A stretch of DNA of 63,479 bases, the filler included, from Chrysochromulina tobinii (taxonomy: Eukaryota): NCBI GenBank assembly GCA_001275005.1. It is 8 parts of 8 records of this genome, joined end to end, with 100 filler letters (N's around TTAATTAATTAA, not from the genome) between each part and the next. Parts side by side here need not be neighbours in the genome. Positions count along the whole stretch, not along the records: positions 39,950 to 50,520 come from JWZX01000769.1; positions 50,621 to 57,153 come from JWZX01000770.1; 6 more parts are not named here. The stretch is one strand, 5' to 3'. The translations under genes were made by a program, and so were the position numbers. Within the stretch, counting starts at the first letter, position 1. Each line of letters opens with the position of its first letter. The notes beneath the pieces were generated by a model. It ran no database searches. It saw nothing but the letters and a program-made list of their open reading frames with translations, and had not been told where the DNA came from. Shown here one piece after another: positions 42,853-52,341 of the stretch.

Positions 42853-44700
42853 ATGCGGCGAGGACGCGGCCTACACGCACTCGCCGCTGCAGCCGGCCGC
42901 TATTGCGTTCGGCCGCTATTGCGTTCGACGCGCGTCGTCTTGCGCCAGCCGCAGCATGGCGAGCACAGCGGTCCGTCGATCTCGGAGATGAAGGCCATCT
43001 TCCGGCTTTACGATACCAACAACTCGGGCTCCCTTGACCTTGGGGAGCTCACCTCGCTGCTCGACGACCTCGACATGCTCAAGACGCAGAGGCGCAAGAG
43101 CGCATTTTGCAAGCAGATGTTGCACGAGCACGACGCCGACGCCGACGGCGCGCTGAGCTTTGACGAGTTCCAGAGGCTGTGGCCCAAGGTGTGTCGAATG
43201 CAAGCTGTGCGGCTCCTCAACCTCGACCTTCCCTCGGAGGCGACGAAGCAGGGCCGACGGCTGCGCGAGTTGATGGCCGCACCTGCAACGGCTGTGTCCA
43301 TCTCTAGCCTGTGGCAGACGGCGCACGAGCCGACGCCGGCGCAGTCGTTGCTCAATGCGCAGTTCCTCCACCGCGAGCTCATCGTGCGTCGTGCCGGGCT
43401 GCTTCGCATGCTCACCTCGCTACCCTCGGGCCTGGCCACCCACCCGCGCGTGCTGGAGATCGGGGAGCTGTACCGACGTCTCCTCGCGCAGCTCCTGAAC
43501 ACCTCGACCCCGCGCGACGCGGAGACGGAGTGGGTCTTCGAGCATCGACTGCGCACGACCTTCCTGACGCACACGCAAGTGCCTGCGGCCATCGGCGCCG
43601 CACTTCATGATCTGTCGAATGGCGCGCGGTCGCCGCCGACGACCGAAGAACAGCGCGAGATCGACAGTCGGCTCGACGCCTTCTTCTCGTCTCGCCTCGG
43701 GTTGCGCTTCCTCGCCCATCATTACCTCTCGTCCAAGGTGGCGCGGGAAGGGTGGTCAGGCATCCTCCACTCGAAGTGCTCACCTGTGACCGTGTGCCGC
43801 ACCGCTGCTGCGGATGTGCGCCGCTGGGCCAAGGCGCGCTTCGGGGTCTCGCCCGAGGTGAGCGTCGTCGGCGATGAGAAGCTCACCTTTACATTCGTGC
43901 CGGCGCACATCTTGTTCGTCGTGACAGAGCTTCTCGAGAACGCAGCGGAGGCCTCGATCCGAAAGCATGCGCCGCAGCTGGCCGCCGCCGCCGACGCTGC
44001 GAACGCCGACGCTGCGAACGCCGACGCTGCCTGCTCTGACGCTGTCCATGCCGCCCAACACCACGTCAACGCCGCTGGTGTCGCTGCCCCTGCTGGCGCC
44101 ATCGCCGCCGATGCCGCCGCCGCCGCTGATGCCGCCGCCGCCGCCGCTGACGCCACCCATAGCCTCGAGACGGCCCTCGAGCCTTGCGGACGCGCTGCGA
44201 CAGCCTCGGGCGCGGCACGGCCGGCGCTGTCGCCTTCAGAGCTGCCCGCCGTGCCACTCCCACCGATCCGCATCGTCGTGGCGGCGAGTGACCATTCAAT
44301 CACCATCAAGGTTGAAGACGTAGGCGGTGGCTTCGGCCGCTCCAAGCTCGGGGCGGTCTGGTCGTACGCGGGCTCGCGCCGGCTGCGGGCGGGCCACGGC
44401 GGCCTCGGGCTGCCTCTCTCGCGCCTGTACGCGCGATACTTTGGAGGCACACTGCACGTGGCGCCGATCGAAGGCTATGGCACGGACGCGTACGTGACGC
44501 TCAACCGTCTCGAAGGGGCGAACCAGGAGACGCTCTATTTCATCAAAGATGAGCACTCGGAGGAGCAAGAGCTAGAGCAGCGCGCCAGCCGGTCCGAGCC
44601 CTCACTGCTCGAGGAGCCCGGCATGCTGCACGACGGCCTCTTCGATGCGCAAGCGCGGCGCGGGAGCAGCAGCAAAAGCACCGGGGCCAGCGATACCTAG
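42853..44700 (+). CDS. Pyruvate dehydrogenase/branched-chain ketoacid dehydrogenase kinase with an N-terminal EF-hand pair
   Basis: Arg-rich transit-like N-terminus; EF loops DTNNSGSLDLGE and DADADGALSFDE; PDK motifs AQFLHREL, FFSSRLGLRFL, ELLENA, IKVEDVGGG, GLPLSRLYARYFGG, EGYGTDAYV. Confidence 0.9.
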   Translation: MRRGRGLHALAAAAGRYCVRPLLRSTRVVLRQPQHGEHSGPSISEMKAIFRLYDTNNSGSLDLGELTSLLDDLDMLKTQRRKSAFCKQMLHEHDADADGALSFDEFQRLWPKVCRMQAVRLLNLDLPSEATKQGRRLRELMAAPATAVSISSLWQTAHEPTPAQSLLNAQFLHRELIVRRAGLLRMLTSLPSGLATHPRVLEIGELYRRLLAQLLNTSTPRDAETEWVFEHRLRTTFLTHTQVPAAIGAALHDLSNGARSPPTTEEQREIDSRLDAFFSSRLGLRFLAHHYLSSKVAREGWSGILHSKCSPVTVCRTAAADVRRWAKARFGVSPEVSVVGDEKLTFTFVPAHILFVVTELLENAAEASIRKHAPQLAAAADAANADAANADAACSDAVHAAQHHVNAAGVAAPAGAIAADAAAAADAAAAAADATHSLETALEPCGRAATASGAARPALSPSELPAVPLPPIRIVVAASDHSITIKVEDVGGGFGRSKLGAVWSYAGSRRLRAGHGGLGLPLSRLYARYFGGTLHVAPIEGYGTDAYVTLNRLEGANQETLYFIKDEHSEEQELEQRASRSEPSLLEEPGMLHDGLFDAQARRGSSSKSTGASDT

Positions 44701-44829
44701 CGAGGAGACATTAGTAGGTTCTCACGAGACTCTACACAGCCAATATTTATAACTCTTCACACTGGACCGTCCAGAGAAGTCTTTCCGTCTTCCTGTTCCT
44801 CGACGCGCGGTCGGCCGCGCACCATCTCG

Positions 44830-45519
44830 ATGGCCGTCGGGCAGCCGATCAACCGCGATCGAGTGGCCGCAAAGCGCCCACAGTCGTCTGCTTCTGGGAA
44901 CGGCCTGACGAGCAGCCAGAAGACGGGATTGGTGCTCGTCGCTGCCCTGTGCGGCCCGGCTCTGCTGAAGAAGTGGTATGAGAAGCCGGCGAGCGAGAAG
45001 GTGGATCTGAGTGGCTTCAACATCGTGACGGCGTACGACACGCCCGCCATCGAGCGAATGGATAGCACTGTGCGCATCGAGTTCTGCTCCTCCTGAGGCA
45101 CAAACGGCCAGTTCCGAAAGACTGCGGGCGCCTTGCAGCAAGCCTTCCCTGGCCTCAAGGTCGAGGGTGGGCCGTACACGCCCTCAGCGTCGGTGCAGTA
45201 TGCCATCCGCGCGGTGCGCATCGCGCAGCTCGGCGTGGCCGCGCTGTACTTCTTCGGCGACCAGGCCTTCGGCATGATGCGCCGGCCATCGCCTCCCTGG
45301 CTCGGACAGATGCACGAGAACAAGTTTGTGGTCGCAGGCGGCGTGTATGGGCTCGACGTGTTCGCCCAGACGATGAAGGCGATCAACGGCTTCGAGATCA
45401 CGTACAACGGTCAGGTACTCCACTCGAAGCTCGCGTCCGGCAAATTCCCAGAGTCGGACGAGCTCGTCACCAAGCTTCGGAGGATCATTTCTCAGGAGAA
45501 CCCTGCCAACCACGACTAG
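44830..45519 (+). CDS. SELENOT: Selenoprotein T-like (Rdx family), 229 aa, with Sec at TGA 45094-45096
   Basis: ORFs 44830-45096 and 45133-45519 share a frame. Readthrough gives IEFCSSUG (CxxU), then FPGLKVEGGPY, hydrophobic hairpin and FEITYNGQVLHSKLASGKFP typical of SelT. SECIS-like stem-loop downstream. Confidence 0.92.
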
Positions 45520-45602
45520 AGCGATTGTGGTCGGTAGGTGGTCGCCGTCCCTGCTGCTGATGCCGACCCTGCCTGCGCCGACTCGCCCGGCTCGCCGCCC
45601 GC

Positions 45603-45690
45603 GGCAGCCCGCGTTACATGACTCCCCTCCCCGAGAGCCTCGGTGCATCACCGGGCTGGGGCGTGGACGAGAGAACGGACGCGGGCTGCC
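45603..45690 (+). promoter_or_regulatory. SECIS element (type II-like) in the SelT 3' UTR
   Basis: 13-bp helix I (45603-45615/45678-45690), ATGA at 45618 opposite CGAG at 45668, ~10-bp helix II and an apical mini-stem. Confidence 0.8.
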
Positions 45691-45891
45691 CGAGAGTGCC
45701 GCGAGTGCGCGACGAGCGCGGCACTCGGGCTGGCTCCTTTCAGCTGGCCCGTGTGCTGCGACGATCTTGTCTTGATATGCTTGCCATCAAAATGCGAAAA
45801 TCGAAAATCCGGTCTACTCTTCTCTCAGAGATTTCGGTTTGTTCAAAAACGAGACCGGTCGTCACCGCGTCACACACACCACGAGGTCAGC

Positions 45892-47886
45892 TCATTCATC
45901 CATGACGTTTGATAAGCGAGTGGATCCGTGACAGAGAGGCATGGGCGGGGCGCAGGCGGTGCTGGGCGCGGGCAGGTTCACATGAAGGTTCACAACCTGC
46001 CACGGAGCCCCGACGATTGAGGGGGTCAAGAGCATATCGAGATCGATCTCGCCGTCCATCGAGTTAGACGTCGATGGCGGCACAGCGCTGCGTGTGGCAG
46101 CTGCCCTGGCTCCCACAGAACCTGACGATCTTGCATGAGCTCCAGATTGCCCAGCTCTGTAGCTCCACAACGGCTCTATATAGCCCTTTGGCTTGCCGAA
46201 CAGCTGCAGGCTGAAATCGTCATCCATCGCTTCGTACGGGGCGGGTGGCACGGCGGCCAGCGCTTCGGCTCCCGCCTTCTTCGATGCTGTCACGACCTTG
46301 GCCGCCGCTGCTGCTGGAGGTGCTGCCACCTCGGCATCCCACTCTTCCACTTTGGGCGCTGAGACACCCTTGGAGGCTGCAGTAGCCCTCGCCCCGGACT
46401 TGCGCGCGCTGATTTGGCACCTTCCATGCGATTCGTCGTCGTCGTCGTCGTCGTCATCCATTGCAGTAGAGAGGCTCGTGATCGTCGAGTGCCGTCGCGC
46501 TGCACGCCGCGAAGCGCTCAGATAGCTGATCTCGTCGATCTCGTCGTCTTCGTCGTCTTCTCCCTCATTGTTCTCAATGGACGAGAGGGGTGCATGCTGC
46601 CCCAAATGAGGGTGGCATACTACACGCGCCGACTTGGCCGTCGCTGCGCCGGTGCGCAGCCAGGCGGCCAAGTGAGCGGCCAAGCGTCGACCACCATACG
46701 GCCCTAACGGCCCCATCTTGGCCGAATTCGCCGCGCGCTCCACGAACGCCTCAGCGCCCCCGAGCCGGTGAGTGCAGCACGGGAGCAGCAGGAACAGCAC
46801 CAGGCTGATGCTGATGATACCGCCGCTCACAACGAGCGTCACTACGGTGGCGCTCCTCCACGCGGACGGCGGCGGCGGGGCGGCGAAGAACATGTACTGG
46901 GGGGCCATGGGTGGGAGTGGCGGGAACGCGGGGGGCGTCGGCTCTGAGGGTGGCGGGTGCGGCGTGGGGGGCGGCGGCCGACCCGGTGGTGTAGGCGGAG
47001 GCGGGTCGTATGGCAGGTGGCAGCCGATGCGGCGGATGTCCTTGTGCGGGCTGCCATGGGTCCAGAAGCGCAGCGTGCCTGAACGGCATTGATGCGCCGC
47101 CGCGGCCTGCTGAACGCGCTGCACACTGATGCTGCTGTCCTCGCCGTCCTCCGTGCTACCCTGCGCGTGAACCGCGCTCTGGTGTGCAGAACTCTCGAGG
47201 GTGCCAAGGCCGATGGCCGCTATCACTTGCCCCACCGCTCCGACGCTCACGTCTCCGAAGCGGCACGTGGTGAGCTCTGCGTCGAGGCCATCGCTCATCT
47301 TGAGCAGCAGTGTGCGCACCTGCAGGCGGAGCGACTGAAAATCCTCGCGCGTATCCTTCTCGACGCTGCCGCCCGTGAGGTGCGTCACCTCGACGGGTCG
47401 CGTCACGCCGTTCTCGAGACCGGTCTGGTGGTACACGAGCTTGACAAAGGAGGCGGGGCGCCACGGCTCCACGCGCACGATCACCTCGTACTCCTGGTCG
47501 CCCAGCTCGTCGTGCCGCTCCCTGCCGATCTCGTATTCGATGCGAAAGATTCCGCATTCGGACAGTGGCGGCAGTGGTGGCGGAGTTGCTGCCGGCGCTA
47601 TTGATGCACCTGGTGTGCCAGCTGCAGCTGTGCCCGCGGCACCAGCGCCCGCGGCCTTTGCATTCATGACGGCTAGGTCAGTGCAACATTGAAAGCCATT
47701 GCAACCCATGTTGCCGTCGCATGGAGGCATGGTCAGCCCCTGCTTGCAGCAGGCGCCATCACCGCAGAATCCGCTGAGGCATCCACCACTGCTCATGGGG
47801 CGATTGCCATAGCACGAGGCATGGCACATCTCATTAGCGTGCTGCACCGCTGCAAGCGGCAGAAGGATGGCGTACAGGAGAATCAT
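45892..47886 (-). CDS. Type I membrane protein: signal peptide, Cys-rich domain, Pro-rich stalk, one TM, low-complexity tail
   Basis: MILLYAILLPLAA signal; Cys-rich N-terminus; PPPP linker; TM VVTLVVSGGIISISLVLFLLL. Confidence 0.7.
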   Translation of the reverse strand: MILLYAILLPLAAVQHANEMCHASCYGNRPMSSGGCLSGFCGDGACCKQGLTMPPCDGNMGCNGFQCCTDLAVMNAKAAGAGAAGTAAAGTPGASIAPAATPPPLPPLSECGIFRIEYEIGRERHDELGDQEYEVIVRVEPWRPASFVKLVYHQTGLENGVTRPVEVTHLTGGSVEKDTREDFQSLRLQVRTLLLKMSDGLDAELTTCRFGDVSVGAVGQVIAAIGLGTLESSAHQSAVHAQGSTEDGEDSSISVQRVQQAAAAHQCRSGTLRFWTHGSPHKDIRRIGCHLPYDPPPPTPPGRPPPPTPHPPPSEPTPPAFPPLPPMAPQYMFFAAPPPPSAWRSATVVTLVVSGGIISISLVLFLLLPCCTHRLGGAEAFVERAANSAKMGPLGPYGGRRLAAHLAAWLRTGAATAKSARVVCHPHLGQHAPLSSIENNEGEDDEDDEIDEISYLSASRRAARRHSTITSLSTAMDDDDDDDDESHGRCQISARKSGARATAASKGVSAPKVEEWDAEVAAPPAAAAAKVVTASKKAGAEALAAVPPAPYEAMDDDFSLQLFGKPKGYIEPLWSYRAGQSGAHARSSGSVGARAAATRSAVPPSTSNSMDGEIDLDMLLTPSIVGAPWQVVNLHVNLPAPSTACAPPMPLCHGSTRLSNVMDE

Positions 47887-48216
47887 ACTGGCCCTAGGTT
47901 GGCGCGCACGCCTTACGCACGCCTTCCGAACGTCTGGTGCGGCAATTCCTGCCCTTTCTGGTCTTCCTGTCTTGCTCAGTGCCAGGTCTATGAGCAAACG
48001 TTTTTTTGCAATTTGCATGCCGCATGGCAGCGGAGCATTTTCTCAACACCCCGCACTCGTGCTTATCTTGGAAGGGTTTTGTGTTTTCTTAGGATGAAAA
48101 AGCCACACATGGAATGATGACATGATTGCACAGTTATGCCGAAAAAGGGAATCCTTCGAACGCGCACTCTTTCGTCGGCCATCGAAGAACATAGGTGTTC
48201 TAAGAACGTCGTGAAA

Positions 48217-48700
48217 ATGGTCGCATTCCTCATCAATACTCTGACAGCGGCGCTTACATCTTCAATGCTCACGGGCCACGGCCTCATGGCGACACCTCGG
48301 ACGCGCAGTGCCCCTCCCATGGCAATCTCAAGCCCATTCACATTCGATGGAAGATCGTCGACCGAGACCGCCTCGCCTTACGACATGGGCGGCTACGGCC
48401 GCTGTGCGTCCATCGGAATCTCTAACCCACGCCCATGGCTCTCACCCCTCACCAAACATGTGTGCTTTGCCTGTTTCCCTTCTCCCTCTTGCAGATGAGC
48501 ATGGTGGCATGCGCGGCATGAACGAAATGGGCGGCATGGGCGGCTACAATCGCATGTCGTACGGCAACGGAGGCGGCATGTACGGAGGCATGGGCGGCAT
48601 GGGCGGCCATATGGGCGGCCATATGGGCATGTCTGAGCATCAACTCGCCATGGGTGCGAGGCGCGAGGGGCGCGCCCGCATGGGCGGCTATGACGAATGA
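48217..48700 (+). CDS. Small Gly/Met-rich protein with signal/transit-like leader; one intron 48404-48494
   Basis: GTGCGT donor, CTAAC branch point, pyrimidine tract and GCAG acceptor. Splicing joins ...MGGYGR-Y-EHGGMRG... in frame. Confidence 0.75.
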
Positions 48701-49397
48701 ATGGAAAAATCACTCGCCTTTGCCAACGGATTACGTGGCGAGGCGGCAAGGGCCAAATACCCAAGCACGAAGCAATGTCTACCCCCGAACTGGGAACTCA
48801 TGAACGGCCACCTCCCCTCCTGAAGTTGGGGTACCTGTGTGCGTGAGAGAGTTGTGTGTGCGCCTCTCATGCGGGGGAGCGGGATGGGTCTCCACCGTGT
48901 CCGTACCTCTGTCGCTCTGTCGGGCCGCGGCGCGTGTCGGGGGCGCCGGGCTGGCGGGCTTGGCCCATACGCCATACGATACACAGCACACTAAATATCG
49001 CAAAATAAACACCTCGGCAGGTCGGCCTCCGCCTAGTCTCATACAATTTCACAGAGGCTCGAAGTCGTCGCGTCGCGCCTGTACGGCTTTGGACGACCCG
49101 TTGCCCGAATGCTCAATGCACACATTGGCTCGGCGACATACGATCTTACGATCCCGCTGCCAGAGAGTCTTGTTGTAACGCCGCGAGAAGGCTCACATGC
49201 GTGTGTCGAGCCTCTCGAGCACCGTGCTCTGCTCGGGCGCTCCGCTGCACGCTGCGCCCAACACTCCCTGCCCCCCCCGCCTCATGCGCGCCCTCTCTCT
49301 CTCTGTCTCTCTCTCTCGCATGCTCTGCGCATCCGCAAGCGCCCGGGACAGCGTTTCTCTGGGAGCGCAATTCCGCACGCATCGCCCGGGACGGCGC

Positions 49398-50520
49398 TTA
49401 TTTATCGGCGTGCTCGCCGTCAGCGGGTACGTAACTCAAAAAGTCATCGCAAACAAACTTGGCCGTGGCCGAATTCGCCATGGTTATGGTGTCAAAGTTG
49501 GATGAGGAGGTTCCACCTGAAAGTGAGGGCTCCGTCGATGCCACACTTTGGGTCGCCGAGAGGGCTTGCATGCACGTTTCGAGCCTCTCGAGCACGGTGC
49601 TCATGCTCGGGCGCTCCTCTGGGCGCTGCGCCCAAGACTCACGTATGAGGGCTACGATCGCATTGTAATTCGGGGGCAGCTCGATCGTTGGCCGATCCCC
49701 CCGACAGGCGCTGCGGCAGGCTCCTAGCCCTGTCATCCCCTCAAAAGAGCGGCGTTGATGCGCAAGCTCCCAGAGCAAGAGCGCAAAGGCGTAGACATCC
49801 GCACGGTCCTCGAAGTTGACGAGCGCGCGGCCCAGGCTGTGGCTGCCGCTGTAGCCACCACTCCCATCGCCACGAGCGCGGCTCTCGCGCGCCTGACGTT
49901 GCGACACCTCCGCCACCCTCTCGGGCGCAAGATAACGCAGTGTGCCCCCCACTGTGGCCTTGTACTCCTTGTTTCGATCCCGCGTGTAGTTCAGGCTGAG
50001 GCTCGCCAAACCAAAGTCGGAGAGCTTGCAAACCGTGTGGCTCACGTCGAGCAGTGCATTATCCGTCTTTACGTCGGAGTGCAGGATGCCGTGCGAGTGG
50101 AGGAAGCACAGCCCACTCGCCAGCTGCACGCCGAAGCGAATCTTCTCGTCGCACGGGAGCATGCTGGCCAGCTGTGGGTGTGGCGGCTGATGGTGTGGCG
50201 GCGGCTCCATCAGCTGGCGAGCGAGCGACGGTTGCGGCGCGACCGGCGCTGTGGCGGTGTTGAGGCCTACGGGACGGATGAGTTGACGGAAGAAGCGCCC
50301 CCCGCTCAAGAGGGAAGAGACGCCGGCCTGGACGGCTTCCCCGGGGGACGACCTTGGGTTGAAGAGGTACGCGGCGAGAGAGCCGCCGGCCATGTACTCG
50401 AGGACGAGCGCGGGACGCTGGTCGACCTGCATGTGGCCGAAGAGGTGGCAGATGCACGGGTGGCGCAGGCGACGCAGGATGGCCACCTCCTGGAGCATGG
50501 CCACCTCCTGACGCGCGGTT
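49398..50520 (-). CDS. Tyrosine-kinase-like (TKL) protein kinase, 5' part missing at contig end
   Basis: EVAILRRLRHP, LVLEYMAGGSL, HSDVKTDN, DFG, GTLRYLAPE, DVYAF, W..RPEERP. Confidence 0.9.
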
Positions 50521-50620
50521 NNNNNNNNNNNNNNNNNNNNNNNNNNNNNNNNNNNNNNNNNNNNTTAATTAATTAANNNNNNNNNNNNNNNNNNNNNNNN
50601 NNNNNNNNNNNNNNNNNNNN
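50521..50620. other. Artificial contig linker
   Basis: 44N-TTAATTAATTAA-44N. Confidence 0.98.
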
Positions 50621-51023
50621 AGGGCGGCGGCAAGGGTGGCGGCGGCGAGGGAGGCGGTGAGGGCGGCGGTGGCGAGGGCGGAGGTGGCGAGGGCGGCGGA
50701 GGCGAGGGCGGCGGCAGTGAGGGCGGTGGTGACGGTGGTGGCCAAGGCGGTGGTGATGGAGGAGGTGGTGAGGGTGGCGGCGGTGAGGTAGGCGGTGATG
50801 AGGGAGGCGGCGAGGGAGGCGGCGAAGGCGGCGGCGATGGAGGTGGTGGCAAGGGCGGTGGCGGTGAGGGCGGCGCCGAAGGCGGCAGTGGCGCAGGTGA
50901 TGGCGATGGCGGCGGCGGTGAGGGTGGAGGTGGCCTGGGCGGCGGCGAGGGCGGCAGCGGAATGCTTCCCGACAATAGCCGGCAGGAGAGGAGGAGGAAG
51001 AGGGTGCGAAAAGGGAGGGTCAT
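50621..51023 (-). CDS. Secreted Pro/Ser-rich (PPSP) protein, truncated at contig end
   Basis: Signal-like MTLPFRTLFLLLSC followed by more than 100 aa of PPSPPP. Confidence 0.65.
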
Positions 51024-51285
51024 CGCTCAAGCCATCGACAAGCTTTCGACACGACAGACAACGCCACGCTGGACAAAGAAAATCGTCTTCATTTTTGACC
51101 TCCGCGATTCCTAAACACATCTCTCTTCACGCTGACCAATTTTCGTGAGGAAGCCAAGCGAGACTCGATACCAGTGCGAGGGTCGAAACGGCGTCCCTTC
51201 GATTCATATTCACGTGAATGAAACCGCTGCTCCAACGTCCGTCTGACGCTTCCACCCCCTCGCCACCCTGTGCAGCCACCCCTTC

Positions 51286-51867
51286 ATGTTCCGATGGCAC
51301 AGCACAGTGATCGAGCCGTCGCGCGGCGGCGGAACCTCGCTCGGCACCAGCTCGGGCGCATTCAGCCCGCCCAAGGCTGAGGCGGCGCCGACGATGGATG
51401 AAAAGGTGATCAGAGAGGCGTTCGCCAGAATCAACATGGTGGGCGAGGTTGCCGAGCGCAAGCCTGACGGCACCCTCGCCAAACCATCTGCCTTCCTCAA
51501 GACCGTCGAGGAGAAGGCGGGCGTGCGCTTCGGGCCGCAGGGTGGTGGAACGCTCCTCGCCATCGTCGACAGGCGAAGGCCGACCATGGACGAGGTCCGG
51601 ATGTGTGTGCTCATGCCGGGCAGTGCCATCGTCGGCCTGCCGCAGCCCATGGCACGCTCAGGACGTGGCCTCGGCCACCTCATGCAGAGCAGCACGGACG
51701 GCCGCGGTGGCCGAGGAGGACAGCCACCGCCTATGGGTGGTCGAGGCGGCGGCCGAGGAGCCCTGGGGCTGGGTGGCCGCGGCGTGCGGCACTCCTCGTC
51801 CGGCTTGAATGCGCCGCCCGCGGCGATGGAGTTCCGCGAGAAATTCGTCGCAGGGCCGCGTCGGTAG
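51286..51867 (+). CDS. Hypothetical protein with RGG-rich C-terminus
   Basis: 193-aa ATG ORF with GRGGRGG repeats. Confidence 0.6.
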   Translation: MFRWHSTVIEPSRGGGTSLGTSSGAFSPPKAEAAPTMDEKVIREAFARINMVGEVAERKPDGTLAKPSAFLKTVEEKAGVRFGPQGGGTLLAIVDRRRPTMDEVRMCVLMPGSAIVGLPQPMARSGRGLGHLMQSSTDGRGGRGGQPPPMGGRGGGRGALGLGGRGVRHSSSGLNAPPAAMEFREKFVAGPRR

Positions 51868-52341
51868 GACTAGCTGTCTGCGTCTCTCACGTTCGTCCGT
51901 TGGGCGCCGCGGGCACACCTCAACCAAAGTGCGCACCCAATCGCAGAAACCCAATCGCAGAATCTTATAGGGTTACAGCGGCGCGCGGGCTGCGGGATCG
52001 GATGTGGGTTAACTTCGTCACCGTATTAGAGATTGGAGAGCCCGTAGATGACATGCTGTTGTACTAAGACGTACTGGTTCCACTGTTAGTATGCTCCACT
52101 GAGCTGTGCACTGGCGCCACGCCGCGCGCCCACATAAACGCGCATACACTAGGTCCCTCAAACAGCGGAGGGGGTCAAAATCGAGATTTTTGAAACTCAA
52201 CCTCAGGACCTGGCTCCACCTAGGTATCGTCCGCACACCTGTACAGAGCTCATATCCGCATGCTATGACCGACAGCGCGCTACCCTATACGTGGATTTTG
52301 ATGTTTCATGTAACGGATCATGCGCATGCAGCATGCAGATC

